Positions 41,366-50,710 of a stretch of DNA of 64,000 nt are shown piece after piece. This DNA is from Actinophytocola sp. (GTDB lineage: Bacteria; Actinomycetota; Actinomycetes; Mycobacteriales; Pseudonocardiaceae): assembly GCA_009377475.1 (NCBI GenBank), contig WHTY01000015.1, forward strand, positions 1,479 through 65,478. The letters are read 5' to 3'. A program made the position numbers and the translations under genes. Below the pieces are notes generated by a model, which was not told the DNA's origin, did not search any database, and saw only the letters and a program-made list of their open reading frames with translations. Every line of letters begins with the position of its first letter. Position 1 is the stretch's first letter.

Positions 41366-41955
41366 GCCGTTCGCTCCTTTCCGTGCGGGACGTCCTCGGC
41401 GGCTTCGGGCTCCTCGACGTCCTCGAAGTCCTCGAAGTCCTCGTCGTCGCCTTCCGGCGCGGGCCGGAACACCGCGACGACCGACCGCAGAGTGGTGAGC
41501 AGCAACCCGGCGAGCGGGATGACGTACAGCGCGTTCACCGGGATGCCGATGGCGGGCGTTTCCTGCACCGCGGGCTGCGTGACCAGGTCGAATGCCTCGT
41601 AGGACAGGTTCAGGCAGACGATCGCCACCATCACGTTGGCGAAGATGCCCACCAACCGCGCGAGCGCGCCCTTGGCGACGTGGTCGACGAGCTTGAGCGT
41701 GATGTGGCCGTCGCGCGCCATGAGGTAACCGGCCATCGCAAAGGTCAGCCAGACCAAGCTGAAGCGGGCCAGCTCGCCCGTCCACACCCAGCCGCCCGTC
41801 GGCAGGTACCGCTGCGCCGCCTGGGTGAGCATCAGCGCGAAGAGCAACGCGACGAGCAGCCCACCGAGCGCGGCCTCCGCCGAGGACAGCCACCGCAGCG
41901 CTCGCGGCGGCGGCTTCGGCCCGCGCGTCGAGGTGGTGGTGGTCGCGTCAGACAT
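41362..41955 (-). CDS. dctQ: TRAP transporter small permease (DctQ family) with an acidic C-terminal tail
   Basis: 197 aa with four TM helices. The tail reads EGDDEDFEDFEDVEEPEAAED. Confidence 0.85.
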   Translation of the reverse strand: MSDATTTTSTRGPKPPPRALRWLSSAEAALGGLLVALLFALMLTQAAQRYLPTGGWVWTGELARFSLVWLTFAMAGYLMARDGHITLKLVDHVAKGALARLVGIFANVMVAIVCLNLSYEAFDLVTQPAVQETPAIGIPVNALYVIPLAGLLLTTLRSVVAVFRPAPEGDDEDFEDFEDVEEPEAAEDVPHGKERTA

Positions 41956-42949
41956 GCGGCGCCTCCCGCCAGGTCGTCAGGTCCAGCCACGTCTTGCCCG
42001 GTGCGGTGGCCGCCGCGACGAACGCCTCGGCCGCGCGGGCGGCGGGGATGGCCTCGCAGAGCGCGTGTTCCGGGACGAGCTGCCGGCCGGCAATCGACGT
42101 CACGGTGGCCGCGAAGTCGTGCGGATGGTCGTAGATGAGCGAGCCGGTCAGCGTGAGCTGCCGTCGCGTGAGGTCCATGGTGGACAGTTGAACCGGCTGC
42201 GAGCTCATCCCGATGACGATGACGCTGCCGCCGGGTTCGGTCGCCCGCAGCGACGTGTCCCAGGCGGCGGGCAGGCCGACGGTGTCGAAGACGAAGGGGA
42301 ACCGCCGCTGCTCGCCTGGCTCGATGGGCTTGGCCCCGAGCCGCTCGGCCAGCGCGAGCCGCTCGGCGTTGGGCTCGGTCACGAACGGCTGCACCCCGGC
42401 AGCCAGCAGGGCCTGGCAGGTGAACAGTCCCTGCGAGCCCGCGCCGACGACAAGGCATTCGGTTGTCGCTCCGATGCCGGAACGGCGCACCGCGGCCTGT
42501 GCCACCGCGACCGGTTCGACACAGGCGAGCGCGGCGTCCGGCACCGTGTCCGGCACCGGCCAGGCGAACCGGGCGGGCACCGCGACCCGTTCGGCCAGGA
42601 TCCCGCCGACGTTGATGCCGACGATCGCCCGGTCCTGGCAGGCAGACGTCCTGCCAGCTCGGCAGGCGGGGCAGGTGAAGCAGCAGTAGTTCGGTTCGAT
42701 CGCCACCCGCTGGCCGACGTGCCGGTCGGTCACGGCCGAGCCGACGGCGACGATCTCGCCGCCGCCCTCGTGGCCCATGACCCAGGGCAGCTCCGGGGTG
42801 GTGCGCTGGCCGTCGTAGACCCCGAGATCGGATCCACACAGGCCCACCGAGCGCATCGCGACCACGACGTCGTCCGGCGCCGGTTCCGGCTCCGGCCAGT
42901 CGTCGACGACCTCGACCCGCTTGGGGTGGGTCAGCAGGATCGCCCGCAT
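41948..42949 (-). CDS. Zinc-dependent medium-chain alcohol/polyol dehydrogenase
   Basis: The start is taken at the ATG at 42949. Motifs are GLCGSDL, GHEGGGEIV, and the structural-zinc Cys cluster CCFTCPACRAGRTSAC. It overlaps the dctQ start by 8 nt. Confidence 0.85.
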   Translation of the reverse strand: MRAILLTHPKRVEVVDDWPEPEPAPDDVVVAMRSVGLCGSDLGVYDGQRTTPELPWVMGHEGGGEIVAVGSAVTDRHVGQRVAIEPNYCCFTCPACRAGRTSACQDRAIVGINVGGILAERVAVPARFAWPVPDTVPDAALACVEPVAVAQAAVRRSGIGATTECLVVGAGSQGLFTCQALLAAGVQPFVTEPNAERLALAERLGAKPIEPGEQRRFPFVFDTVGLPAAWDTSLRATEPGGSVIVIGMSSQPVQLSTMDLTRRQLTLTGSLIYDHPHDFAATVTSIAGRQLVPEHALCEAIPAARAAEAFVAAATAPGKTWLDLTTWREAPHV

Positions 42950-43116
42950 CAACTCGTTCCTCTCACGCCTCGTTGCGTCGCCGCTGCGCCGTGTTACCTG
43001 GGCACCGGCCGGATGTTTCGACGACGATAAGATGGCGGCAACAGTTGCGGCAAGCGGTTGCCAAAAGTTGCCACGCAGGGGTAGAACTGGGCTGGTCCCA
43101 GATGGGGAGGTAGGCA

Positions 43117-44124
43117 GTGCCACCGGAGAATGCGAAGCGCCCGACGATCTACGACGTCGCACGGGAGGCGGGGGTCGCGACGTCGACCGTGTCGCGGGCG
43201 TTGTCCAACCCGGACCGGGTCAACGCGCGCACGCGGGAGCACATCGTCGCGGTCGCCGAGCAGCTCGGCTACAGCACCAACCCACTGGCACGGGCGTTGC
43301 CCTCGGGGCGGACGCAGACGCTGGCACTATCCGTCGCCGACATCACCAACCCGCACTTCTTCGGCATCATCCGGGGCGCCGAGCAGCAGGCCCGCGCGGC
43401 GGGCTGCACACTGATCATCGGCGACACCGAGGAGTCGCCGGAACTGGAGTCACGCAACGTCGAGCGGCTGGGGCGGTCGGTGGACGGCTTCGTCATCGCG
43501 GCCAGTCGCATGACAGACAAGGCGATCAAGCAACTCGCCGCGCACCACCGGCTGACGCTGGTCAGCAGGCAGGTCGGCGGGGTGCCGAGCGCCATCGTGG
43601 ACCACGTCGACGGCACAAGGCAGATCATCGAGCACCTGGCGTCGCTCGGCCACCGCTCGGTGGTGTACCTGGCGGGCCCGAGGCGGTCCTGGCTCGCGGT
43701 CCAGCGCTGGCGAGCGGTGCAGCCGGTAGCGCGCCGCTTCGACATGACGGCAGCGCGGCTCGGGCCGTTCCCGCCCGCGGTGCACGGCGGCGCGGCGGCG
43801 GCCGACGCCGCGCTGGGCAGCGGGGCCACCGCGGCGATCGCGCACAACGACCTGCTCGCCATCGGCATGCTGCGCCGGTTCGCCGAGCGTGGCGTGCGCG
43901 TGCCGGAGGACATCAGCGTGGTCGGCTACGACGACATTTTCGGCGCCGACTTCTGCTCCCCGCCGCTCACCACGCTGGCGGGCCCGTTCGAGGAAGTCGG
44001 GCGCGTGGCCGTCGACCTGCTGCTGTCCATGCGCGATCCGGTTCGCAACCATCCGCCCCGCCGCGACGTCGTGCTGCCCTCGCACCTGGCCATCCGGGGT
44101 TCCACCGGGCAGGCGTCCCGCTGA
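43117..44124 (+). CDS. LacI-family transcriptional regulator
   Basis: GTG at 43117 with GGGGAGGTAGG upstream. The HTH sequence is TIYDVAREAGVATSTVSRAL. It is divergent from the dehydrogenase/TRAP/aroQ/qsuB genes. Confidence 0.9.
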   Translation: MPPENAKRPTIYDVAREAGVATSTVSRALSNPDRVNARTREHIVAVAEQLGYSTNPLARALPSGRTQTLALSVADITNPHFFGIIRGAEQQARAAGCTLIIGDTEESPELESRNVERLGRSVDGFVIAASRMTDKAIKQLAAHHRLTLVSRQVGGVPSAIVDHVDGTRQIIEHLASLGHRSVVYLAGPRRSWLAVQRWRAVQPVARRFDMTAARLGPFPPAVHGGAAAADAALGSGATAAIAHNDLLAIGMLRRFAERGVRVPEDISVVGYDDIFGADFCSPPLTTLAGPFEEVGRVAVDLLLSMRDPVRNHPPRRDVVLPSHLAIRGSTGQASR

Positions 44125-44154
44125 CGCCTTGACGCCGTCCGCCCCGCCCGCTAC

Positions 44155-44199
44155 GTTCATATGCAGAACAAACGTACGCTATGCGAACACGGAGGCGCC
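44155..44199. promoter_or_regulatory. AT-rich segment with GTTC-N7-GAAC and CGTACG palindromes upstream of pcaI (candidate operator)
   Basis: The sequence gttcatatgcagaacaaacgtacgctatgcgaac is unusually AT-rich for this DNA. It lies directly upstream of the RBS and start of the pca operon. The regulator is unassigned. Confidence 0.3.
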
Positions 44200-45018
44200 G
44201 TGGCTGAGGTCGTGTCGTTACGGGATGCAGTCGCCGAGCTGGTGCACGACGGCGACGTCGTCGCCATGGAAGGGTTCACGCACCTGATTCCAGTCACGGC
44301 GGGGCACGAGATCATCCGGCAGCGTCGGCGGGATCTGACCCTGGTGCGGATGACGCCGGACATCGTCTACGACCAGCTCATCGGCGCTGGCTGCGCGCGC
44401 AAGCTGATCTTCTCGTGGGGTGGCAACCCCGGCGTGGGCTCGCTGCACCGCTTCCGCGACGCGGTACAGCACGGCTGGCCGGTGCCGCTGGAGATCGAGG
44501 AGCACAGCCACGCCGGGATGGCCAACCGCTACGTAGCTGGCGCGTCCGGGTTGCCGTTCGCGGTGCTGCGCGGCTACGTCGGCACCGACTTGCCGAACGT
44601 CACCGACACCATCAAGCCGATCACGTGCCCGTTCACCGGGGAGGCGCTGACCGCGGTGCCCGCCATCAACCCGGATGTCGCGATCGTGCACGCTCAGCGA
44701 GCCGACCGCGCGGGCAACGTCCAGCTCTGGGGCCTCGTCGGCGTCCAGAAGGAGGCGGTGCTCGCCGCGCGTCGCAGCCTGGTGACGGTGGAGGAGGTCG
44801 TCGACGAGTTGGAGCCGGTGCCGGGCGGGATGGTGCTGCCGTCCTGGGCGGTGGACCGGGTCGCCGAGGTCCCCGGCGGCGCGCACCCGTCGTACGCGCA
44901 GGGCTACTCCGAGCGCGACAACGCCTACTACGCGGCATGGGATGCCATCAGCCGCGACCGTGACGAGTTCGAGCGCTGGGTCGAGCGGGTTCGCGCCGGT
45001 GAGGAGGTCAACGCATGA
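44200..45018 (+). CDS. pcaI: 3-oxoadipate CoA-transferase subunit A
   Basis: The start is chosen at the GTG at 44200 (GGAGG 4 nt upstream); the ATG at 44161 is an alternative. The sequence is CoA-transferase family I alpha-like, and pcaJ follows immediately. Confidence 0.8.
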   Translation: MAEVVSLRDAVAELVHDGDVVAMEGFTHLIPVTAGHEIIRQRRRDLTLVRMTPDIVYDQLIGAGCARKLIFSWGGNPGVGSLHRFRDAVQHGWPVPLEIEEHSHAGMANRYVAGASGLPFAVLRGYVGTDLPNVTDTIKPITCPFTGEALTAVPAINPDVAIVHAQRADRAGNVQLWGLVGVQKEAVLAARRSLVTVEEVVDELEPVPGGMVLPSWAVDRVAEVPGGAHPSYAQGYSERDNAYYAAWDAISRDRDEFERWVERVRAGEEVNA

Positions 45019-45776
45019 CGACCAGCACGTACACCGCCGACGAGATGATGTCCGTCGCGGCGGCGCGCGCGTTGTCCGGGGGACAGCGCTGCTTCGTCGG
45101 CATCGGCCTGCCGTCAACCGCGGCGAACCTGGCGCGCCGCACGCACGCGCCCGACCTGGTGCTGATCTACGAGTCCGGCACGCTGGGGTCCAAACCGGAC
45201 CGGCTACCCGCGTCCATCGGTGACGGCATCCTCGCCGAGACCGCCGACGCGGTGATCAGCGTGCCCGAGGTGTTCAACTACTGGCTGCAGCCGGGCCGGA
45301 TCGACGTCGGCTTCCTCGGCGCGGCCCAACTGGACAAGTTCGGCAACATCAACACCACGGTGATCGGTGACGACTACGCCGACCCGAAGGTCAGGCTGCC
45401 CGGCGCGGGTGGGGCGCCGGAGATCGCCGCCAACTGCCACGAGGTCTACGTCGTGGTGCGGCAGAGCAAGCGCAGCTTCGTGGATCAGGTGGACTTCGTG
45501 ACGTCGTTCGGCCACGGCAGGGGCAACGGCGAGCGCGCACGGCTCGGTCTGCGTGGCGCTGGACCGACGCTGGTGATCACCGACCTCGGCGTGTTCCGGC
45601 CCGATCCCGATAGCCACGAGCTGGTCTTGACCGGGGTGCATCCCGGCGTAACGGTGGAACAGGTGCGGGAGGCGACCGGGTGGGAGCTGCGGGTCGCCGA
45701 CGACGTGGCCACGACGCCCGCGCCCACATCCGACGAGCTCGCGGTGCTGCGGGCGCTGAAGGAGGCTTCATCGTGA
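45015..45776 (+). CDS. pcaJ: 3-oxoadipate CoA-transferase subunit B
   Basis: 253 aa with an ATGA overlap with pcaI. The ESG active-site context IYESGTLG is present. Confidence 0.85.
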   Translation: MTTSTYTADEMMSVAAARALSGGQRCFVGIGLPSTAANLARRTHAPDLVLIYESGTLGSKPDRLPASIGDGILAETADAVISVPEVFNYWLQPGRIDVGFLGAAQLDKFGNINTTVIGDDYADPKVRLPGAGGAPEIAANCHEVYVVVRQSKRSFVDQVDFVTSFGHGRGNGERARLGLRGAGPTLVITDLGVFRPDPDSHELVLTGVHPGVTVEQVREATGWELRVADDVATTPAPTSDELAVLRALKEASS

Positions 45777-46984
45777 GGACTGCTGGCAGGTCCGAACCAT
45801 TGGATACAGTGACGGACGTCTTTATCCTCGACGGGCTGCGCACGCCGTTTGGCCGTTACGGTGGCGCGCTGGCGGGTGTGCGGTCGGACGACCTGGGCGC
45901 GCACGTGCTGCGCGCGCTGGCCGAGCGCACCGGCCTCGACCCGGCGGACGTCGACGAGGTGGTCTTCGGCGACGCGAACCAGGCGGGCGAGGACAACCGC
46001 AACGTCGCCCGCATGGCGGCGCTGCTCGCGGGCTGGCCGACGTCGGTGCCCGGCACAACGGTGAACCGGCTCTGCGGGTCGAGCATGGACGCCGTCATGC
46101 ACGCCTCCCGCACCATCGCCGTCGGGGACGCCTCGCTGGCGGTGGTGGGCGGCGTCGAGTCGATGAGCCGCGCGCCGTGGGTGTTGCTCAAGCCCGCCAA
46201 GGGATTTCCGGCAGGCCCGGAGACGCTGCACTCGACCACGCTCGGCTGGCGCATGGTCAACCCCGAGATGCCGGACCAGTGGACTGTCTCGCTCGGCGAG
46301 GGCACCGAGATCATCGCGGACAAGTACCAGATCTCCCGCGAACGGCAGGACGCCTTCGCGCTGCGCAGCCACCAGCTCGCCGCCAAGGCGTGGGACAACG
46401 GCTTCTACGACGACCACGTCGTCCCGGTACCCGACACCGAACTGACCCGGGACGAGGGCATCCGCCCCGACACCACCCCGGAGAAGCTCGCCAAGCTCAA
46501 GCCCGTGTTCCGTCCACAGGGGACAGTCACGGCGGGCAACGCGTCACCACTCAACGACGGCGCGTCCGCGCTGCTGCTGGGAGACCAGGCCACCGCCGAC
46601 CGGCTCGGCGTCACGCCGTTGGCGCGGATCGCGGGCAGGGGCGCGGCCGGGGTCGAGCCGCACGAGTTCGGCATCGGGCCGGTGCAGGCAGCGGAGCTCG
46701 CGTTGCGCCGTGCGGGCATCGGCTGGTCGGACCTGGCCGCCGTCGAGTTGAACGAGGCGTTCGCAGCGCAGTCGCTGGCCTGCCTCGCCGACTGGCCGGA
46801 CCTGGACCCGGAGATCGTCAACGTCAACGGCGGCGCGATCGCCATCGGCCACCCGCTCGGCGCGTCCGGCGGCCGGGTCGTCGCCCAACTCGCCCGTGAG
46901 CTGCGACGTCGTGGCGGCGGCTGGGGACTCGCCGCGCTGTGCATCGGCGTCGGGCAAGGCCTGGCCGTCGTCCTGGAAGCGTGA
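45773..46984 (+). CDS. pcaF: 3-oxoadipyl-CoA thiolase (acetyl-CoA C-acyltransferase)
   Basis: Thiolase motifs VNRLCGSSMDAV, NEAFAAQ and GGAIAIGHPLGASG are present. The start is the GTG at 45773 (GAAGGAGG upstream, GTGA overlap). The alternative GTG at 45809 would give the typical VTDVFILDGLRTP N-terminus. Confidence 0.85.
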   Translation: MRTAGRSEPLDTVTDVFILDGLRTPFGRYGGALAGVRSDDLGAHVLRALAERTGLDPADVDEVVFGDANQAGEDNRNVARMAALLAGWPTSVPGTTVNRLCGSSMDAVMHASRTIAVGDASLAVVGGVESMSRAPWVLLKPAKGFPAGPETLHSTTLGWRMVNPEMPDQWTVSLGEGTEIIADKYQISRERQDAFALRSHQLAAKAWDNGFYDDHVVPVPDTELTRDEGIRPDTTPEKLAKLKPVFRPQGTVTAGNASPLNDGASALLLGDQATADRLGVTPLARIAGRGAAGVEPHEFGIGPVQAAELALRRAGIGWSDLAAVELNEAFAAQSLACLADWPDLDPEIVNVNGGAIAIGHPLGASGGRVVAQLARELRRRGGGWGLAALCIGVGQGLAVVLEA

Positions 46985-47700
46985 TGACGACCCAAGAGAA
47001 GCTGGTCGGCTACCGGCGCGACGCCGACAGCCACCCGCCGCTCGACTCGCCGGGCTACGGGTCCACCGCGCTCCGGCACCCGACGCAGCCGCTGACACTG
47101 CTGCCGCACCGGCTCACCGAGATCACCGGGCCGCTGCTCGGACCCGGTCGCGTCGGCGCGCTGGACCACGACCTCACCCGGCAGCACGCGGGCGAACCGA
47201 TCGGGCAGCGCATCGTCGTCTACGGCCGGGTGCTCGACGGCGACGGCCGCCCGATCCCGGATTCCCTCGTGGAGATCTGGCAGGCCAACGCGGGTGGCCG
47301 CTACCGCCACACCGGCGACCGCTGGCCCAGCCCGCTCGACCCGAACTTCGACGGCGTCGGCCGCACCCTCACCGACGCCGACGGCCGGTACGAGTTCGTC
47401 ACCATCAAGCCCGGCGCGTACCCGTGGCGCAACCACGACAACGCCTGGCGGCCCGCGCACATCCACTTCTCGCTGTTCGGGCGGTCGTTCACGCAACGGC
47501 TGGTCACCCAGATGTACTTCCCGGACGACCCGCTGTTCGGCCAGGACCCGATCTTCAACTCGGTGCCCGAGCACGCACGCTCGCGCCTGATATCGCGGTT
47601 CGACCTGGACCGCACGCAACCGGAGTGGGCGCTGGCGTTCGAGTTCGACATCGTGCTGCGCGGCAGGGACGCGACGCCGTTGGAGCAGAGCCATGGCTGA
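46984..47700 (+). CDS. pcaH: Protocatechuate 3,4-dioxygenase beta subunit
   Basis: The ATG at 46984 overlaps the pcaF TGA. Intradiol dioxygenase motifs AGRYRH, WRPAHIHFS and LVTQMYFP are present. Confidence 0.9.
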   Translation: MTTQEKLVGYRRDADSHPPLDSPGYGSTALRHPTQPLTLLPHRLTEITGPLLGPGRVGALDHDLTRQHAGEPIGQRIVVYGRVLDGDGRPIPDSLVEIWQANAGGRYRHTGDRWPSPLDPNFDGVGRTLTDADGRYEFVTIKPGAYPWRNHDNAWRPAHIHFSLFGRSFTQRLVTQMYFPDDPLFGQDPIFNSVPEHARSRLISRFDLDRTQPEWALAFEFDIVLRGRDATPLEQSHG

Positions 47701-48223
47701 GCTGGCGACGACGCCGTCGCAGACCGTCGGTCCCTACCTGCACATTGGCCTGACCTGGGACGACGGGCCGTACGTCGCCCCGGATGGCACGCCGGGCGCG
47801 GTGTGGCTGCGCGGCCAGGTGTTCGACGGCGCTGGCGAGGTGATCACCGACGCGCTGGTCGAGACCTGGCAGGCCGACCCGGACGGCCGGTTCGACCATC
47901 CCGACGACCCGCGCAGGTCGTCGGGGTGGCGTGGTTTCGGCCGTAGCGACACCCGCGACGGCGGCTACGCGATCCACACCGTCCTGCCCGGCGCGCTGCC
48001 CGGGCAGGCGCCGCACATCGACGTCTCGGTATTCGCGCGCGGCCTGTTGCACCGCGTCGTCACTCGCGTCTACTTCCCCGAGCACACGTACGTTGACGAC
48101 CCGGTGCTGGCGTCGGTGCCGTCGGAACGCCGTGACACGCTGATCGCCACCCGGACCGACGACGGCTACCGGTTCGACGTGCGAATTCAGGGCGAGCGGG
48201 AGACCGTGTTCTTCGATGTCTGA
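47693..48223 (+). CDS. pcaG: Protocatechuate 3,4-dioxygenase alpha subunit
   Basis: 176 aa with an 8-nt overlap with pcaH. The N-terminus TPSQTVGPYLHIGL is typical of PcaG. Confidence 0.9.
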   Translation: MAELATTPSQTVGPYLHIGLTWDDGPYVAPDGTPGAVWLRGQVFDGAGEVITDALVETWQADPDGRFDHPDDPRRSSGWRGFGRSDTRDGGYAIHTVLPGALPGQAPHIDVSVFARGLLHRVVTRVYFPEHTYVDDPVLASVPSERRDTLIATRTDDGYRFDVRIQGERETVFFDV

Positions 48224-49541
48224 TGGACTGTTCGACGGCGTGCTCGCGGCCGGCCCGGTGGCCGAACTGGTCGGCGATGCGGAGTGGCTGCGGGCGCTGC
48301 TCGACGTCGAGGCCGCGCTCGCCCGCGCCGAGGCCGACGCGGGGCTGATCTCCGCAGCGCACGCCGAGGCGATCGCGGCGCAGTGCCGTGCGGAGTACTA
48401 CGACGTCGCGTCGCTTGGCGCGGCGACGACGGGGGTCGGCAACCCGGCGGCGCCGCTGGTGCGCGCCCTGACCGAGCGTGTTGCCGGGGCGGCCGCCGGT
48501 TTCGTCCACTTCGGAGCCACCAGTCAGGACATCGTGGACACCGCAGCGATGTTGGTCGCCCGGGACGCCGTCGCCGCACTGGCCGAGGACGTCGTCGCCT
48601 GTGGTGATCTGCTCGCACGGCTGGCCGCCGACCACCTCGACACCGTCCAAGCCGGACGCACCCTGCTGCAGCACGCCGTGCCGGTCACGTTTGGACTCAC
48701 CGCCGCAGGATGGCTGTCCGGAATGGACTCTGCCGCCGACCGGCTGACCGCGCTCACCTTCGCGGTGCAGTTCGGGGGCGCGGCGGGCACGGTGGCCGCG
48801 CTGGGCGAGCGGGGTCCCGACGTCGTCCGCCACCTCGCGGCCCGGCTCGACCTCGACGAGCCGATGCTGCCGTGGCACACCGAGCGCAGTCGGATCGCCA
48901 CGCTGGCCGGGGCGCTCGGCGGGGTGTCCGCGACAGTCGCCAAGATCGCCCGCGACATCACGCTGCTGGCGCAGACCGAGGTCGCCGAGGCCACCGAGCA
49001 GGGGTCGGGCGGTGGGTCCTCGACGATGCCGCACAAGCGGAACCCGATCGCTGCGGTGTCGGCCGCCGCTGCCGCCGCACAAGCGCCTGGCCTGGTGGCG
49101 ACGCTGCTGAGCGCGTCGGCGCACGAACACCAGCGGGCGGCGGGCAGTTGGCACGCCGAGTGGCGGCCGCTGCGGGAGCTGTTGCGCAGCACCGGAAGCG
49201 CGGTGCGCTGGCTGCGCACCAGCCTGGAGCGGCTGCACGTCGACGTCGACCGGATGCGGGCGAACGCCGAGCTGACCGGCGGGTACGCCCTGGCCGAACG
49301 GATCACCAGCGAACTCGTCACCGAGCACGGCGTCAGCAGGGCGAAGGCACACGACGCCGTCGCCGCGTGTTGCGCGTCGGGGGAGCCGCTGGTCGACGCG
49401 CTGGCGGCGGATGTGCTTGTCGGCGCGCACCTGAGTGCGGAACGCATCGCGGCGCTGCTCGATCCGGCGAGCTACCTGGGCAGCGCACGGGTGTTCGTCG
49501 AGCGCGCACTGCGACACCACGAGGCACGGAAGGAGCACTGA
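48216..49541 (+). CDS. pcaB: 3-carboxy-cis,cis-muconate cycloisomerase
   Basis: 441 aa of the fumarate-lyase superfamily, with the signature GSSTMPHKRNP. Confidence 0.9.
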   Translation: MSDGLFDGVLAAGPVAELVGDAEWLRALLDVEAALARAEADAGLISAAHAEAIAAQCRAEYYDVASLGAATTGVGNPAAPLVRALTERVAGAAAGFVHFGATSQDIVDTAAMLVARDAVAALAEDVVACGDLLARLAADHLDTVQAGRTLLQHAVPVTFGLTAAGWLSGMDSAADRLTALTFAVQFGGAAGTVAALGERGPDVVRHLAARLDLDEPMLPWHTERSRIATLAGALGGVSATVAKIARDITLLAQTEVAEATEQGSGGGSSTMPHKRNPIAAVSAAAAAAQAPGLVATLLSASAHEHQRAAGSWHAEWRPLRELLRSTGSAVRWLRTSLERLHVDVDRMRANAELTGGYALAERITSELVTEHGVSRAKAHDAVAACCASGEPLVDALAADVLVGAHLSAERIAALLDPASYLGSARVFVERALRHHEARKEH

Positions 49542-50305
49542 TGCTGCATTACGTCAGCGACGGTCCCGCCGACGGCGACGTCGTCGTGCTCAGCGGGTCG
49601 CTGGGCAGCGACGTGCGGATGTGGCAACCACAGGTCGAACCGCTTGCCGCAGCCGGGTACCGCGTGGTGCGACACGACCACAGGGGCCACGGCGACTCCC
49701 CGGTGCCGCCGGGTCCGTACACACTGGATGACCTGGGCGCGGACGCCATCGCGTTGCTGGACACGCTCGATGTGCCGCGCGTGCACTGGGTGGGAGTGTC
49801 GCTCGGCGGGATGCTCGGCATGTGGCTCGCCGCGCACCGTCCTGATCGGATCGCCAGCCTGACGGCCTGCTGCACATCGGCGAAGCTCGGGCCGCCGGAG
49901 ACGTGGTCCGACCGGGCGCGCACGGTGACCGAGCACGGGACCGGCGCGGTCGCGGAGGCCGTGGTCGCCCGCTGGTTTACACCGGCGTTCGCGTCGGCGC
50001 ACCCCGATCGCATCGACGTCTACCAGCGGATGGTCGCGGCGACCCCCGCCGAGGGCTACGCCGGGTGCTGCCGGGCGATCGAGCGCATGGACCTGCTCGA
50101 CGTCCTGGGCGACATCACTGCGCCGACGCTGGTCGTCGCCGGCGCCGAGGATCCAGCGACGCCACCCGAACACGGTCGGCGCATCGCCGACGGCATCCCC
50201 GGCGCGCGCTTCGAGGTGGTTGAGGGCGCCGCGCACCTCGGCAACGTCGAGAAGCCGGACGCCGTCACGTCGTTGTTGCTCGCTCACCTCAAGGAGCCGT
50301 CGTGA
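49541..50305 (+). CDS. pcaD: 3-oxoadipate enol-lactonase
   Basis: The ATG at 49541 overlaps the pcaB TGA. It is an alpha/beta hydrolase with GVSLGG. The gene sits inside a longer track ORF (48710..50305) whose upstream part is an out-of-frame shadow of pcaB. Confidence 0.85.
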   Translation: MLHYVSDGPADGDVVVLSGSLGSDVRMWQPQVEPLAAAGYRVVRHDHRGHGDSPVPPGPYTLDDLGADAIALLDTLDVPRVHWVGVSLGGMLGMWLAAHRPDRIASLTACCTSAKLGPPETWSDRARTVTEHGTGAVAEAVVARWFTPAFASAHPDRIDVYQRMVAATPAEGYAGCCRAIERMDLLDVLGDITAPTLVVAGAEDPATPPEHGRRIADGIPGARFEVVEGAAHLGNVEKPDAVTSLLLAHLKEPS

Positions 50306-50688
50306 CCGACCCGTACGCCGAGGGCATGGCGGTGCGCCGCGAGGTTCTTGGCGACGAGCACGTGGACCGCGCGATCGCGAGCACCACGGAGTTCACCAGC
50401 GTGTTCCAGGACTACATCACCCGTTCCGCCTGGGGTGCGGTGTGGGCTCGTGACGGCCTCGATCGCAGGGCCCGCAGCTGCGTCACCCTCGCCGTGCTGA
50501 CGGCGTTGGGATGCGAGAACGAGCTGCCGATGCACGTCCGGGCCGCGGTGCGCCACGGCCTCACCGCCGCCGAGATCGGCGAGGTGCTGCTGCAGACCGG
50601 CGTCTACGCCGGGGTGCCCAGGGCGAACGCCGCGTTCGCCATCGCCCAGCGCACGCTCGCCGAACTGGGTGACCCCGCCGCCGGTTAG
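50302..50688 (+). CDS. pcaC: 4-carboxymuconolactone decarboxylase
   Basis: 128-aa carboxymuconolactone decarboxylase-family sequence. It has a GTGA overlap with pcaD. Confidence 0.85.
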   Translation: MTDPYAEGMAVRREVLGDEHVDRAIASTTEFTSVFQDYITRSAWGAVWARDGLDRRARSCVTLAVLTALGCENELPMHVRAAVRHGLTAAEIGEVLLQTGVYAGVPRANAAFAIAQRTLAELGDPAAG

Positions 50689-50710
50689 GCTCGTGGCGAA
50701 AGGAGCCGAG

